64,000 nucleotides of DNA from positions 2,484,972 to 2,548,971 of the forward strand of contig NC_015732.1 of NCBI RefSeq assembly GCF_000219725.1. Reading direction: 5' to 3'. The DNA is from Gracilinema caldarium DSM 7334 (GTDB lineage: Bacteria; Spirochaetota; Spirochaetia; Treponematales; Breznakiellaceae). The translations under genes and the position numbers were made by a program. Shown here one piece after another: positions 48,385 through 57,555 of the stretch. The notes beneath the pieces were generated by a model. The model had not been told where the DNA came from and did no database searches. It saw nothing but the letters and a program-made list of their open reading frames with translations. Every line of letters begins with the position of its first letter. The stretch's first letter is position 1.

Positions 48385-48415
48385 AGAGATGTACCTTATA
48401 GCATAATCATTTGTT

Positions 48416-49831
48416 CTACACAATTGCCTTGGTCATCCAACGTTTGCTCTTCCAGCGGAACAGCATGATGATACCCCGTATTGTTTCGTCGGTGCCCACA
48501 GCAAGCCAGATGCCAACCATGCCAAGCCCGAAGTGGAGCCCCAAAAGCCATGCACCCAAAACCCCAAGCCCCCACATCGATACGATACCCACCATAACGG
48601 GAAACTGAACATCCCCTGCCCCCTTCAAAGCCGGTATGGTAATCAGGTTAATAGACCGGCCCGTTTCCACATAAAAGGAAACAAAGAGCATATTGTAGGT
48701 AACTACAGCTATTTCCTTGACGTGGGTAAAAATACCAATGAGAGGCCGCTTGAATATATTAAGAAGGAGCACAAGGCTTACCGAGATGAGGGTTCCCGCA
48801 ATCTGGTAGAGGTACACCCGCTTATAGGCCGCTTCAGGCTGTTTCGCCCCGACAAAATAACCGGTTTTTATCTGAGCTCCGTTACCAATGGACATGGCAG
48901 CAACAAACACAAAACGAACCAGCGTCTGGGCATAGACCTGAGCAGACATGGCATAGGTCCCCAGGGTAGTCACCATAGCCATAATGACAATCTGGCCTAC
49001 GTTATAGGAGAGGGCTTCACCCGCAGAGGGAACACCGATTTCCAGAATCTTTCTATAAATTGATGCAGGAACAGTACGCCAGCCTTCTGACCGGAAAACA
49101 ATATTTTGATGTTTCTTAATCCTGTAGCGGGTCATGATGACCGCCGCAATCTGGGAAACTACCGACGACACAGCAACCCCGGCAACCCCGGTTACCGGCA
49201 ATCCAAACCATCCGTAGAGGGCCAGTGCATTTCCTACAACATTAATCAGATTCGCAATAATCGAAATATACATGGCATCCCGGGTATAACCATAAGTCCG
49301 GAGCACCGTTCCCTGAAACATGTTAAAGGCAATAAAAGCCGAACCAAAACCACCAAAGATAGTAAAATACTGCCACGCATAGGTTCGAACCTTTGGTTCC
49401 AGAGGATACAGAGAAAGCAGGGGCCAGGACCCCGCAAGAACCAGAACCGTAACCAAGAGGGCCAGCATCAGTACCATAACCGCACCAGCTTGGGCGATCA
49501 GCCCCGATTCCTCCTTCCGCTCCGCACCCAGATACTGGGCCAGTACAATACCCGATCCGGTACACACGATGGTAAACAGGAGTTGGATAAAAAACATGTA
49601 TTGGGACACCATACCAACGCCCGCTACAGCCTCTTGGGCATAGGAACTGAGCATGAAGGTATCGATGGATGATACCAGCATTCTGAAAAGGGATTCGAGA
49701 AATATGGGCAGTACCAGTACTGGTAACCCCACCGACCCAGGGTTAATTGATTTTTGAGCTTTCATTATTGCATTACTCCAGCGGAACAGCTCTCCGATGA
49801 GCATAATGTCCAGCGGAGCCATACTACTCAA
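48416..49831 (-). CDS. MATE family efflux transporter
   Basis: 12 TM segments with duplicated 6-TM halves, as in NorM/DinF-like transporters. Confidence 0.8.
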   Translation of the reverse strand: MSSMAPLDIMLIGELFRWSNAIMKAQKSINPGSVGLPVLVLPIFLESLFRMLVSSIDTFMLSSYAQEAVAGVGMVSQYMFFIQLLFTIVCTGSGIVLAQYLGAERKEESGLIAQAGAVMVLMLALLVTVLVLAGSWPLLSLYPLEPKVRTYAWQYFTIFGGFGSAFIAFNMFQGTVLRTYGYTRDAMYISIIANLINVVGNALALYGWFGLPVTGVAGVAVSSVVSQIAAVIMTRYRIKKHQNIVFRSEGWRTVPASIYRKILEIGVPSAGEALSYNVGQIVIMAMVTTLGTYAMSAQVYAQTLVRFVFVAAMSIGNGAQIKTGYFVGAKQPEAAYKRVYLYQIAGTLISVSLVLLLNIFKRPLIGIFTHVKEIAVVTYNMLFVSFYVETGRSINLITIPALKGAGDVQFPVMVGIVSMWGLGVLGAWLLGLHFGLGMVGIWLAVGTDETIRGIIMLFRWKSKRWMTKAIV

Positions 49832-50018
49832 TTTTTAATCTTTGGTATAGATGGATGAAATTTTCCAAATATTATTCTGTATAAAACATATAGAGACATA
49901 TTGCCCGTCGTATACCCGTCGTATACATAAGTACCCTCAGTTATACAATCTAATTACTTTTGTCATCTTTAACTTGCGCAACATGCATACTCAAGGTAGT
50001 ATAACTGTGGAGGTTTTT

Positions 50019-50990
50019 ATGATTATATGCTGCGGTGAAGCCCTTATCGATATGGTTCCCTATACAACGTCCGATGACATTGATACCTATCGTCCCCTGC
50101 CTGGTGGCAGTCCCTATAACACTGCTATTGCCATAGGCCGGCTGGGCGCTCCGGTCAGTTTTATGGGCCGCCTTTCATCCGACTTTTTTGGAACCATGCT
50201 CGTAGATCGGCTTCGAGCAAACAACGTAGAGACCAATCTCATCGTCCGGTCAACTCAAAACAGCACCCTGGCTTTCGTAAAAATAGAAGCAGGGAAAGAA
50301 CCCCAATACGCCTTTTACACCGAAGGAACCGCTGACCGGTCATTCTCGGTAGAAGATCTGCCAAAAACCTTACCACAGGACCTGCATGGAATTCTTTTTG
50401 GGTCCATATCGATGACCATGGAGCCCGTGGCGAGCACCATAGAAACCTTTATACAATCCCAGAGCAGGCGGAATGATGCCTCTGCACCGGTCATCTCGCT
50501 GGATCCTAACGTCCGTCCTGTAATGATCCATGATCGGGCTCGGTATGTGCAACGTCTTGAATCATGGATAGCCTCTGCCACCATCGTTAAAATTTCCGGC
50601 GCCGATTTGGAATATGTCTACCCATCCCTGTCGCGGGAAGCGGCGCTTGAAAAGGTTCTATCCTTAGGTCCCACCCTGGTGGTGACCACCCTCGGCGCCG
50701 ATGGTGCCCTCGCCATCGGCCGCCGTAGTGACGGCAGCCGCTTCAGTGCCACCGCACCAGTAGTTCCGGTTAAAGTTGCCGACACCATCGGCGCCGGCGA
50801 CACCTTTCACGGAGCCTTATTATCATGGCTGGAACTCAAGGGCAAACTGAACCGGCTCGCCCTGTCAAAGATTTCAGAAGCAGACCTGCATGAAGCCCTC
50901 TTTTTTGCGAATAAGGCAGCTTCTTTGGTCTGTACTAAACATGGCGCAGAGCCTCCCACCATGGCAGAAATGGAAGCGTTGCAGACCTAA
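50019..50990 (+). CDS. PfkB family carbohydrate kinase (fructokinase/2-keto-3-deoxygluconate kinase-like)
   Basis: N-terminal MIICCGEALIDM and C-terminal DTIGAGDTFHGALLS anion-hole motif. A GTGGAGG RBS precedes the ATG at 50019. Confidence 0.8.
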   Translation: MIICCGEALIDMVPYTTSDDIDTYRPLPGGSPYNTAIAIGRLGAPVSFMGRLSSDFFGTMLVDRLRANNVETNLIVRSTQNSTLAFVKIEAGKEPQYAFYTEGTADRSFSVEDLPKTLPQDLHGILFGSISMTMEPVASTIETFIQSQSRRNDASAPVISLDPNVRPVMIHDRARYVQRLESWIASATIVKISGADLEYVYPSLSREAALEKVLSLGPTLVVTTLGADGALAIGRRSDGSRFSATAPVVPVKVADTIGAGDTFHGALLSWLELKGKLNRLALSKISEADLHEALFFANKAASLVCTKHGAEPPTMAEMEALQT

Positions 50991-51025
50991 GGCATCCTAA
51001 TCAATTTTATAGAGGAAAACGTTGG

Positions 51026-51646
51026 ATGGAATATCTTTTTGATGGAGTTCGAGAGTTTAATCAAAAGGATTATCGGGAATACAAAAACCTCTTTCAGGGA
51101 CTCAGTCGCAGACAACAACCGCATACTCTTTTTATCGGCTGTTCCGATTCTCGGGTGGTTCCTAACCTGATAACTAAAACATTACCTGGAGAGCTATTCG
51201 TCATTCGTAATATCGCAAATATTGTTCCCTTTTACCGGGAATCTGAAGAATTCCTTGCCACCACAGCCGCAATTGAATATGCTGTCCAGGTTCTTAAGGT
51301 TGATAACATTCTCATTTGCGGCCATTCAAATTGCGGGGGATGTAAAGCCCTGTATATGGATGAACATCAAACCCAGGAGATTCCCCACACTAAAAAATGG
51401 CTTGAACTTGCAGGGCGGGTAAAGCAAAAAATACTATCAGAACCGGTTCTTGATGAACTGGAACGGGAATGGAAAACAGAACAGCTGAATGTGGTGGAAC
51501 AGATGAATCATCTTATCACCTACCCCTACATCAAGGAGAAATATCGGAATAAGGAGATCAACATCCTCGGGTGGTATTATCACATCGAAACCGGGGATGT
51601 CTTTAATTATAACCCTGAGGAAAAACGTTTTGTAAAAATTACTTGA
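51026..51646 (+). CDS. beta-class carbonic anhydrase
   Basis: Zinc-ligand motifs CSDSRV and HSNCGG with the conserved spacing. Confidence 0.85.
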   Translation: MEYLFDGVREFNQKDYREYKNLFQGLSRRQQPHTLFIGCSDSRVVPNLITKTLPGELFVIRNIANIVPFYRESEEFLATTAAIEYAVQVLKVDNILICGHSNCGGCKALYMDEHQTQEIPHTKKWLELAGRVKQKILSEPVLDELEREWKTEQLNVVEQMNHLITYPYIKEKYRNKEINILGWYYHIETGDVFNYNPEEKRFVKIT

Positions 51647-51705
51647 AACAAGCGCTTCTCCCACAACCCAATCAGGGTTTTGGGGAGCCTTTACACCATA
51701 CACAA

Positions 51706-52842
51706 CTACAAAGTAACCTTAGCGCCTACAAACCACTGGGACCAGGCAGTAAAGGGAATACCAAACCAGGTGGCCGATAGTGTATCCTGGGTCTTCATAA
51801 ACTCTGGAACTGTTCCGCCCTCTTCCAGTTGAACCAGGGTTTTAATACCTCCTGTCAGGTGAAGGGACCGGCTCAAAGGAAGTCCGAGGCTGAGACGGGC
51901 TGTGGGATAGGGTTTAATTAAGGAAATAAAAGCATCTTTATCACAATCTACTCCCGCCTGATACAGGGCTTCAATATCCTTCCCAAGGTGTTGCTCTGCG
52001 GACACATCAATATCAATATAGGGACCTCCCAGCCGTACCCTGGTACCGAGGCCTGCACTCACCATGAGGTTGTCATTTCGGACAAACCAGTCAGTCCGCG
52101 GAGCTCCTGCACCTAGTACCAAATAGATGAAGGGACTTCCGGCCTGCCAATAGGCAAAGGCCGTGTCCGTAGCGGGCATATATACAAAGCTCAGACTGTC
52201 CACTCCATTCCGGGATATATTGATGAGCCCGATCTGTAGGCCCCGTAACTCATCGGTGATATTCACGAGGCCAATCTGCATCCCATCCACCGATTCAGCC
52301 ACATTGAATACTTCCGCAATCTGTATACCCTTAACGGTTTTGGCAATATTAAAAACCCCTGCGGCCTGCACCGATCCCGTAACATCCTCTGCAATATTAA
52401 ACACCCCTGCCAGCTGAGCTCCCCGAACGGGACCGCCGGCTATATTAAACACCCCGGCCCCTTGAAAACCAAAACCCTGGTTATAGATATTAAAAACCCC
52501 AGCCCCGGCAAAGCCATAGGAGGCTTCGAAGGTTGCTCCAATTAAAGCAAAGGAAGCAGAGGTGCGATAATACCCAAAAGGACTAGATACCCCTGGCGCA
52601 AACGAAAGCAGTACCGGTGTATAGGGAACTTCAGAGTCTTCGTAAGATTCTGTAGCTTCCCTTACCTGAGACGGAAACTCCGCATCTGCTCTGTTTGTAT
52701 CCCGTTCCCTGTTCAGTTTTTCCTGGTATTGCTCCCGAGCTTTCTGCAGAACAGTCTCATCATCTTCCTGGGCAGCCAGGGGACCAGCAAAAAACGAAAA
52801 ACCCATTAGTAATGCGACGAGTGAACCAACAATACGTTTCAT
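51706..52842 (-). CDS. secreted/outer-membrane repeat protein with ~6 tandem GAGVFNIA-type 11-12 residue repeats
   Basis: Signal peptide MKRIVGSLVALLMGFSFFAGPLAAQ with a GGAGAGGAG RBS. Repeats AGVFNIYNQGF, GAGVFNIAGGP, LAGVFNIAEDV, AAGVFNIAKTV, IAEVFNVAESV, IGLVNITDEL and IGLINISRNG. Confidence 0.55.
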   Translation of the reverse strand: MKRIVGSLVALLMGFSFFAGPLAAQEDDETVLQKAREQYQEKLNRERDTNRADAEFPSQVREATESYEDSEVPYTPVLLSFAPGVSSPFGYYRTSASFALIGATFEASYGFAGAGVFNIYNQGFGFQGAGVFNIAGGPVRGAQLAGVFNIAEDVTGSVQAAGVFNIAKTVKGIQIAEVFNVAESVDGMQIGLVNITDELRGLQIGLINISRNGVDSLSFVYMPATDTAFAYWQAGSPFIYLVLGAGAPRTDWFVRNDNLMVSAGLGTRVRLGGPYIDIDVSAEQHLGKDIEALYQAGVDCDKDAFISLIKPYPTARLSLGLPLSRSLHLTGGIKTLVQLEEGGTVPEFMKTQDTLSATWFGIPFTAWSQWFVGAKVTL

Positions 52843-53039
52843 TTCGCTCTCCTCTCCATTCGATGAACCAACACAAGAGTCCGATCCATCAATTAAAAAT
52901 TGAGGGATTAAAAATCCATCCCCCGATGTCTCCATAAGAGCACATCGGTTATATATATAGCACGAAACAACTAACATTTCAGATGAATATGTCAAAATCT
53001 AAAAATCCCAACTTATTTTTTAAGCGACTGGTTAACTAT

Positions 53040-53581
53040 TGATGATATATTTACAGCTGCTTTGCCTTATCGATTAATAAACAACCGCATTAACCTGGAC
53101 TTTATACCCCAATTTCGCTATTTTAAAATTGCAGAGAATGAGTTCAGCACAAAGGAACTCCTTTCCTTAAAGAACCTGATTGGGGCATTGTTTTTAGTTG
53201 AAACTTCAGTCCCCAACGGAACTCGAAGGGATATTTAAACAGCTGAGGGCTTTGCTTGAGCAGGAACAGCCGGAGGTGTATCGGGCATTTCTTTCCTGGC
53301 TGTATAATTTTTTCTCAAAATCCGTACCTGATTGGGTGAGAGAGCCGTTAGATCCGAAGGAGGCACCGACCATGCTAGCCACAAACCTGAAGAAATGGGA
53401 ACAGGAACTTATCCAACAGGGTATATTCAAAGGTAAACAAGAAGGTTTGCAAGAAGGGCTACAACAGGGTATAGTAAGAGGCAAACTGGAAACGGCTCGA
53501 AAACTGAAACAAAAAGGTTTAAGTGTACAGGAAATTGCTGAGGTTACGGGACTCAGCTTTGAGGACATAGAACAACTTTAG
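53040..53581 (+). pseudogene. 3' remnant of an Rpn/YhgA-like PD-(D/E)XK nuclease (putative transposase) gene, frameshifted and lacking the nuclease domain
   Basis: The C-terminal region KGKQEGLQEGLQQGIVRGKLETARKLKQKGLSVQEIAEVTGLSFEDIEQL is the characteristic Rpn-family tail. Upstream homology continues in another frame, and there is no N-terminal domain. Confidence 0.55.
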
Positions 53582-53588
53582 AAGACTT

Positions 53589-53617
53589 TTAGAAATATCA
53601 TATTTTAAAAGTATAAT
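53589..53617 (+). promoter_or_regulatory. sigma70-like promoter TTAGAA-17-TATAAT upstream of the acetyltransferase gene
   Basis: Near-consensus -35 and -10 hexamers with a 17-bp spacer, 37 nt upstream of the GTG start. Confidence 0.4.
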
Positions 53618-53653
53618 ATTGTTGATGTGCAAATCCCGTAACAGGGGGCCCCG

Positions 53654-54469
53654 GTGGGTGAACAAGAAACGATAGAGAATCGTAAAAACGGTCCTAATAC
53701 GGTGATAAGCCTCGCAGAGGAACTTTTGTCTGCAGGACTCCGTCCCGGGATGACCATCCTCCTGCATTCTTCCCTCAGTGCTCTTGGCTGGGTTTGCGGC
53801 GGTGCACCGGCGGTCATCATGGCGTTCCAACAGGTTTTAACCGAAGAAGGAACCCTCGTCATGCCAACCCATTCGGGGGATTTATCAGACCCGGCCCAGT
53901 GGGAACATCCGCCGGTTCCCCGTGAGTGGTGGGAAACCATACGGAGTACCATGCCTGCTTATCGAAAAGATCGAACCCCCACACGAGGCATGGGCATCAT
54001 TCCGGAAACCTTCCGAAAAATGGATGGTGTACTGCGGTCCAGTCACCCCCAGATGTCCTTTGCTGCCTGGGGAAAACACAAAGCATACATTTTGCAGGAC
54101 GAACACTACGATTTTGGCATGAATGACCAGAGCCCCCTGGGCCGCCTTTACGAACTGGACGGACAGGTCTTTCTGCTTGGCGTAGGCCATGACAGGAACA
54201 CTTCGATACACCTGGCTGAATACCGAGCCGAGTGGCCTTCCAAATTGATGATTAAAAACGGCATGCCCATAGAAGAAGGGGGCATAACCTCCTGGCGCGA
54301 GTTTGATGACATCGCCTATGGGGGCGAAGACTTCGAAGCCCTCGGCAAGGCCTTTGAGGAGCAGCATCACATAAAACCATTCAAGGTTGGCAATGCAAGC
54401 TGCCGCATGTTTTCCCAGCGGGCCCTGGTGGACTTTGCAGTCCATTGGATCTCTACTCACCGGACCTAA
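53654..54469 (+). CDS. aminoglycoside N(3)-acetyltransferase family protein (AAC(3)/Antibiotic_NAT fold)
   Basis: The 271-aa product is collinear with AAC(3) enzymes (MTILLHSSLSALGWVCGG, LVMPTHSGDLSDP, RGMGIIPETFRKMDGVLRSSHPQMSFAAWG, FLLGVGHDRNTSIHLAEYRA). GTG start with an AGGGGG RBS. Confidence 0.8.
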   Translation: MGEQETIENRKNGPNTVISLAEELLSAGLRPGMTILLHSSLSALGWVCGGAPAVIMAFQQVLTEEGTLVMPTHSGDLSDPAQWEHPPVPREWWETIRSTMPAYRKDRTPTRGMGIIPETFRKMDGVLRSSHPQMSFAAWGKHKAYILQDEHYDFGMNDQSPLGRLYELDGQVFLLGVGHDRNTSIHLAEYRAEWPSKLMIKNGMPIEEGGITSWREFDDIAYGGEDFEALGKAFEEQHHIKPFKVGNASCRMFSQRALVDFAVHWISTHRT

Positions 54470-54475
54470 GGCCCT

Positions 54476-56437
54476 TTACTTTAGAGCCCGCAGTGCATTC
54501 AGCACCGCCAGGAGGGCAACCCCCACATCGGCAAGGACCCCCATCCACATGGTTGCCAGCCCCAGGGCACCAAGCACCATGACAGCAATCTTCACCAGCA
54601 GGGCAAAGAGTATGTTCTGCCAGACGATGCGGCGGGTTTTCCGCGCCCGGTCGATGGCTTCGGGTATCCGGGACAGGTCATCGGTCATAAGGACCATATC
54701 CGCCTGTTCTATAGCCAGGTCCGACCCGGCCCTGCCCATGGCGATTCCCACATCGGAGCGGGCCAGCACCGGCCCATCGTTAATGCCATCGCCTACAAAG
54801 GCCGTAGTCCCCCCAGAGCTTTGCTGTAACAGCGATTCGAACCGCTCCAGCTTATCCTCAGGGAGCAGGCTGTGGTGTACTTCAGTGACCCCGGTTTGCC
54901 GGCCAACAGCATGGGCAGGGCCGGGGCCGTCACCGGTAAAGAGGGCGACCTGCTCGACCCCGCGATCCCGCAGTTCCCGGATGACCCGGGGAGCATCGGC
55001 CTTTATCTGGTCTTCCAGGTGTACCGTTCCGACAATGGAGCCATCGTATGCAACATGAATAACCGTTGCGTCGGCGGAGCTGCATTCATGGGGAATAGAT
55101 TTAAGATGGAGGAGCCGATCATTCCCGGCAAGAATTTCCGTTCCCTCCTGGGTCACCAGACTGCCATGACCGGGAATTTCGTAGTAGGAGCCCTCATCAT
55201 AGACAGGGTTGGTATCCGATTGGGTTTTCCAATGGCGCTGCACTGCCTGGGCCAAAGGATGATTGGATTGGGCAGTAGCGGCCGCTGCATAGGCCAGAAC
55301 CTGTGCTTCCGAATGGTTAGGGTGGACATCAATTTTTGACACCTGGAATTTTCCCGTGGTCAGGGTGCCGGTTTTATCAAAGACGATACGTTGGACATGA
55401 ACCAGCCGGTCAAGGACTGCAGCTCCCTTGAGTAAAATGCCCCGTTTTGCCGCTCCCCCAAGACCGGCAAAATAGGTAAGAGGCACACTTAAGACAAAGG
55501 CACAGGGACAAGAAATGACTAGCATGATGAGGGCTCGGTACAGCCAATCATAGAACCGTGCTCCTGGAAGCAGAAGAGGCGGCACAACTGCTATAATGAG
55601 GGCTATTCCCACAACAACAGGGGTATAGAAGCGGGCAAAGCGGGTAACGAATAATTCAACCGGGGCTTTCCGCTGTTGGGCTGATTCTATCAGATGTAAA
55701 ACCCGGTTTAAGGTCGAATGTTCATACTTTTCAGTTACCTGTACCGTAAGGGTGCCTTCTGTAAGTACATAACCGCCTAGCAATACCTGCCCCGGTTCAG
55801 CGGGCCGGGGTACGGACTCACCGGTTACTGCAGAAGTATCCACCGTACCGGTACCCTCTGCCACAAGACCATCCAGGGCAAGCCGCTCCCCTGCCCGCAA
55901 CAGCAGGAGCTCTCCCGGTTCAACCTGTTCCGGAGGAGATGCTATCCAGGTGCCGTTTCGTTTAACCCGCACCTGGTCGGGGCGCAGATTCAGGAGAGCC
56001 TCGATGGATCGGCGGCTGCGGTGTACTGCATAGTCCTGGAAGAATTCTCCAATCCGGTAAAACACCATAACACCCACCGCTTCTTCCCAGGCTCCGAGGG
56101 CAATAGCTCCAAGAGATGCAATGCTCATGAGGAAGAGTTCATCAAATACAAATCCCCTTCGCAGGTTCTGCCAGGCTCCCCTGAAAACGGGCCATGCGGC
56201 AGCCCCGTAGGTGACCATCAACATAATAAGACCCATTGTTGTCCCATAGGGGATACTGAGTAGATTTTCAGACAGTAGAATGCCAAAGATAGTCCCCAGA
56301 AACGCGAGGGCTAATGTCCGGGCTTCGGCAATCTGGGTCTCGGTAAGATGACCCACAGGAAGGCTCTTTTCAGCGGAACTTGAATCTTGTATGTCAAAGG
56401 CGGCACCACAACCGCAACTACTGCAGGAATCATTCAT
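54476..56437 (-). CDS. heavy-metal translocating P1B-type ATPase (Cd/Zn/Pb type, CadA/ZntA-like)
   Basis: N-terminal Cys-rich metal-binding segment (CSSCGCG), TM6 SCPCAFVLSVP, phosphorylation motif FDKTGTLT and GDGINDGP hinge. Confidence 0.88.
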   Translation of the reverse strand: MNDSCSSCGCGAAFDIQDSSSAEKSLPVGHLTETQIAEARTLALAFLGTIFGILLSENLLSIPYGTTMGLIMLMVTYGAAAWPVFRGAWQNLRRGFVFDELFLMSIASLGAIALGAWEEAVGVMVFYRIGEFFQDYAVHRSRRSIEALLNLRPDQVRVKRNGTWIASPPEQVEPGELLLLRAGERLALDGLVAEGTGTVDTSAVTGESVPRPAEPGQVLLGGYVLTEGTLTVQVTEKYEHSTLNRVLHLIESAQQRKAPVELFVTRFARFYTPVVVGIALIIAVVPPLLLPGARFYDWLYRALIMLVISCPCAFVLSVPLTYFAGLGGAAKRGILLKGAAVLDRLVHVQRIVFDKTGTLTTGKFQVSKIDVHPNHSEAQVLAYAAAATAQSNHPLAQAVQRHWKTQSDTNPVYDEGSYYEIPGHGSLVTQEGTEILAGNDRLLHLKSIPHECSSADATVIHVAYDGSIVGTVHLEDQIKADAPRVIRELRDRGVEQVALFTGDGPGPAHAVGRQTGVTEVHHSLLPEDKLERFESLLQQSSGGTTAFVGDGINDGPVLARSDVGIAMGRAGSDLAIEQADMVLMTDDLSRIPEAIDRARKTRRIVWQNILFALLVKIAVMVLGALGLATMWMGVLADVGVALLAVLNALRALK

Positions 56438-56475
56438 AGGTTCATATACTCCTCTTGATACTATGCAGGCCGCTT

Positions 56476-56495
56476 CTCAAAACTGCAGTTTTGAG
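56476..56495. promoter_or_regulatory. 20-bp perfect palindrome CTCAAAACTGCAGTTTTGAG between the ArsR-family gene and the P-type ATPase gene
   Basis: Exact self-complementarity. It sits in the 65-nt intergenic gap of a two-gene operon, with an adjacent direct repeat AGAGGCCCT x2. Confidence 0.4.
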
Positions 56496-56502
56496 AGGCC
56501 CT

Positions 56503-56874
56503 TTAAGAGAGGCCCTGCTCGGACACATGTTCCATGGCCAGGGCAATCAGGGCATCCACATGGTGATCATCGAGCTGGTAGTAAACAATTTTTCCAATTT
56601 TCACTGGCCGGACGAGCCGGGCACGGCGAAGTATTGCAAGCTGATGACTTAAGGCAGACTGACTCATATCAAGCAGTGCTGCGAGGTCACAGACACAGCG
56701 GTTTTCCGGACTTTGCAGGGCATGGAGAATCCGCAATCGACTGGGATCCGCAAGAATTTTAAACAACTCCGATAAGGCTAAAAGCCGTGGAACAGGCCAT
56801 TCCAGCTTCCGGTCTTCTTCCGAAATCGTTTCGTCCCTGTCGGTACAGGTACAATGATAAGTTTGTTGGTCCAT
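56503..56874 (-). CDS. ArsR/SmtB family metalloregulator (CadC-like)
   Basis: HTH LADPSRLRILHAL ... VCDLAALLDMSQSALSHQLAILRRARLV and N-terminal Cys pair (HCTCTD) typical of CadC-type sensors. Confidence 0.85.
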   Translation of the reverse strand: MDQQTYHCTCTDRDETISEEDRKLEWPVPRLLALSELFKILADPSRLRILHALQSPENRCVCDLAALLDMSQSALSHQLAILRRARLVRPVKIGKIVYYQLDDHHVDALIALAMEHVSEQGLS

Positions 56875-56885
56875 ACTCGATGACA

Positions 56886-56901
56886 GCTCCCATACATGAA
56901 T
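56886..56901. promoter_or_regulatory. imperfect 16-bp inverted repeat ATGAATATATGTTCAT just upstream of the ArsR-family gene; candidate metalloregulator operator
   Basis: 14 of 16 positions palindromic, flanked by ATACAT direct repeats, 12 nt upstream of the start codon. Confidence 0.45.
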
Positions 56902-57112
56902 ATATGTTCATACATAATAAATGTCAAGGGATGCATTAAACAAATACAAGCAACACCCGAGCAGTTTGTCGGACTTGTCTGAATAATCAGATAAAAATCG
57001 CAGACATTAGCGATTTTTTACCTTGCAAACAGCCAAAGCAGCCAGGTTAATCGAGATTTTAATGGCTAAGGGTAATCCTTAGCCATTAAAAATCTACAAG
57101 TCCGACAGGCTC

Positions 57113-57463
57113 TTAAGTACGGAGAATTTTCTCCATTGGCTTTCCTTTTGCCAGTTCATCAACCAACTTATCAAGACAGCGGACAATACGTACAATTTCA
57201 TCTTGAATATCCTCGATACGTATACCACAGATAAGTCCTGTAATAAGGCTAGCCTTGGGATTGATGCACGGGGCCTCTTTTACAAAGGTTTCCAGATTAA
57301 TCTCTAAATCCGATTGCCGTTGTAGCTCTTCACTCGTATACCCCGTAAGCCAGGAAATGACCCGATCCACTTCTTCTTTTGTCCTGCCTTTTCGGACAGC
57401 TTTTTGGATATAGAGCGGGTATACTGTTGAAAAGCGCATTTTATATATTTTTTGTTGATCCAT
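57113..57463 (-). CDS. DUF2200-like small conserved protein
   Basis: About 116 aa. Start chosen at MDQQK with an AGGAGAG RBS. The sequence pattern (FSTVYPLYIQKAVRKGRTKEEVDRVISWLTGY) matches the DUF2200 family from memory. Confidence 0.45.
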   Translation of the reverse strand: MDQQKIYKMRFSTVYPLYIQKAVRKGRTKEEVDRVISWLTGYTSEELQRQSDLEINLETFVKEAPCINPKASLITGLICGIRIEDIQDEIVRIVRCLDKLVDELAKGKPMEKILRT

Positions 57464-57555
57464 GGGGAACTCTCCTGATAATTTGACAGGATTCAAAGTG
57501 CCTCAAAAAAATCGGTAAGATTTTTGAAAGCGCTTAATCAAATCTTTACAAAATC

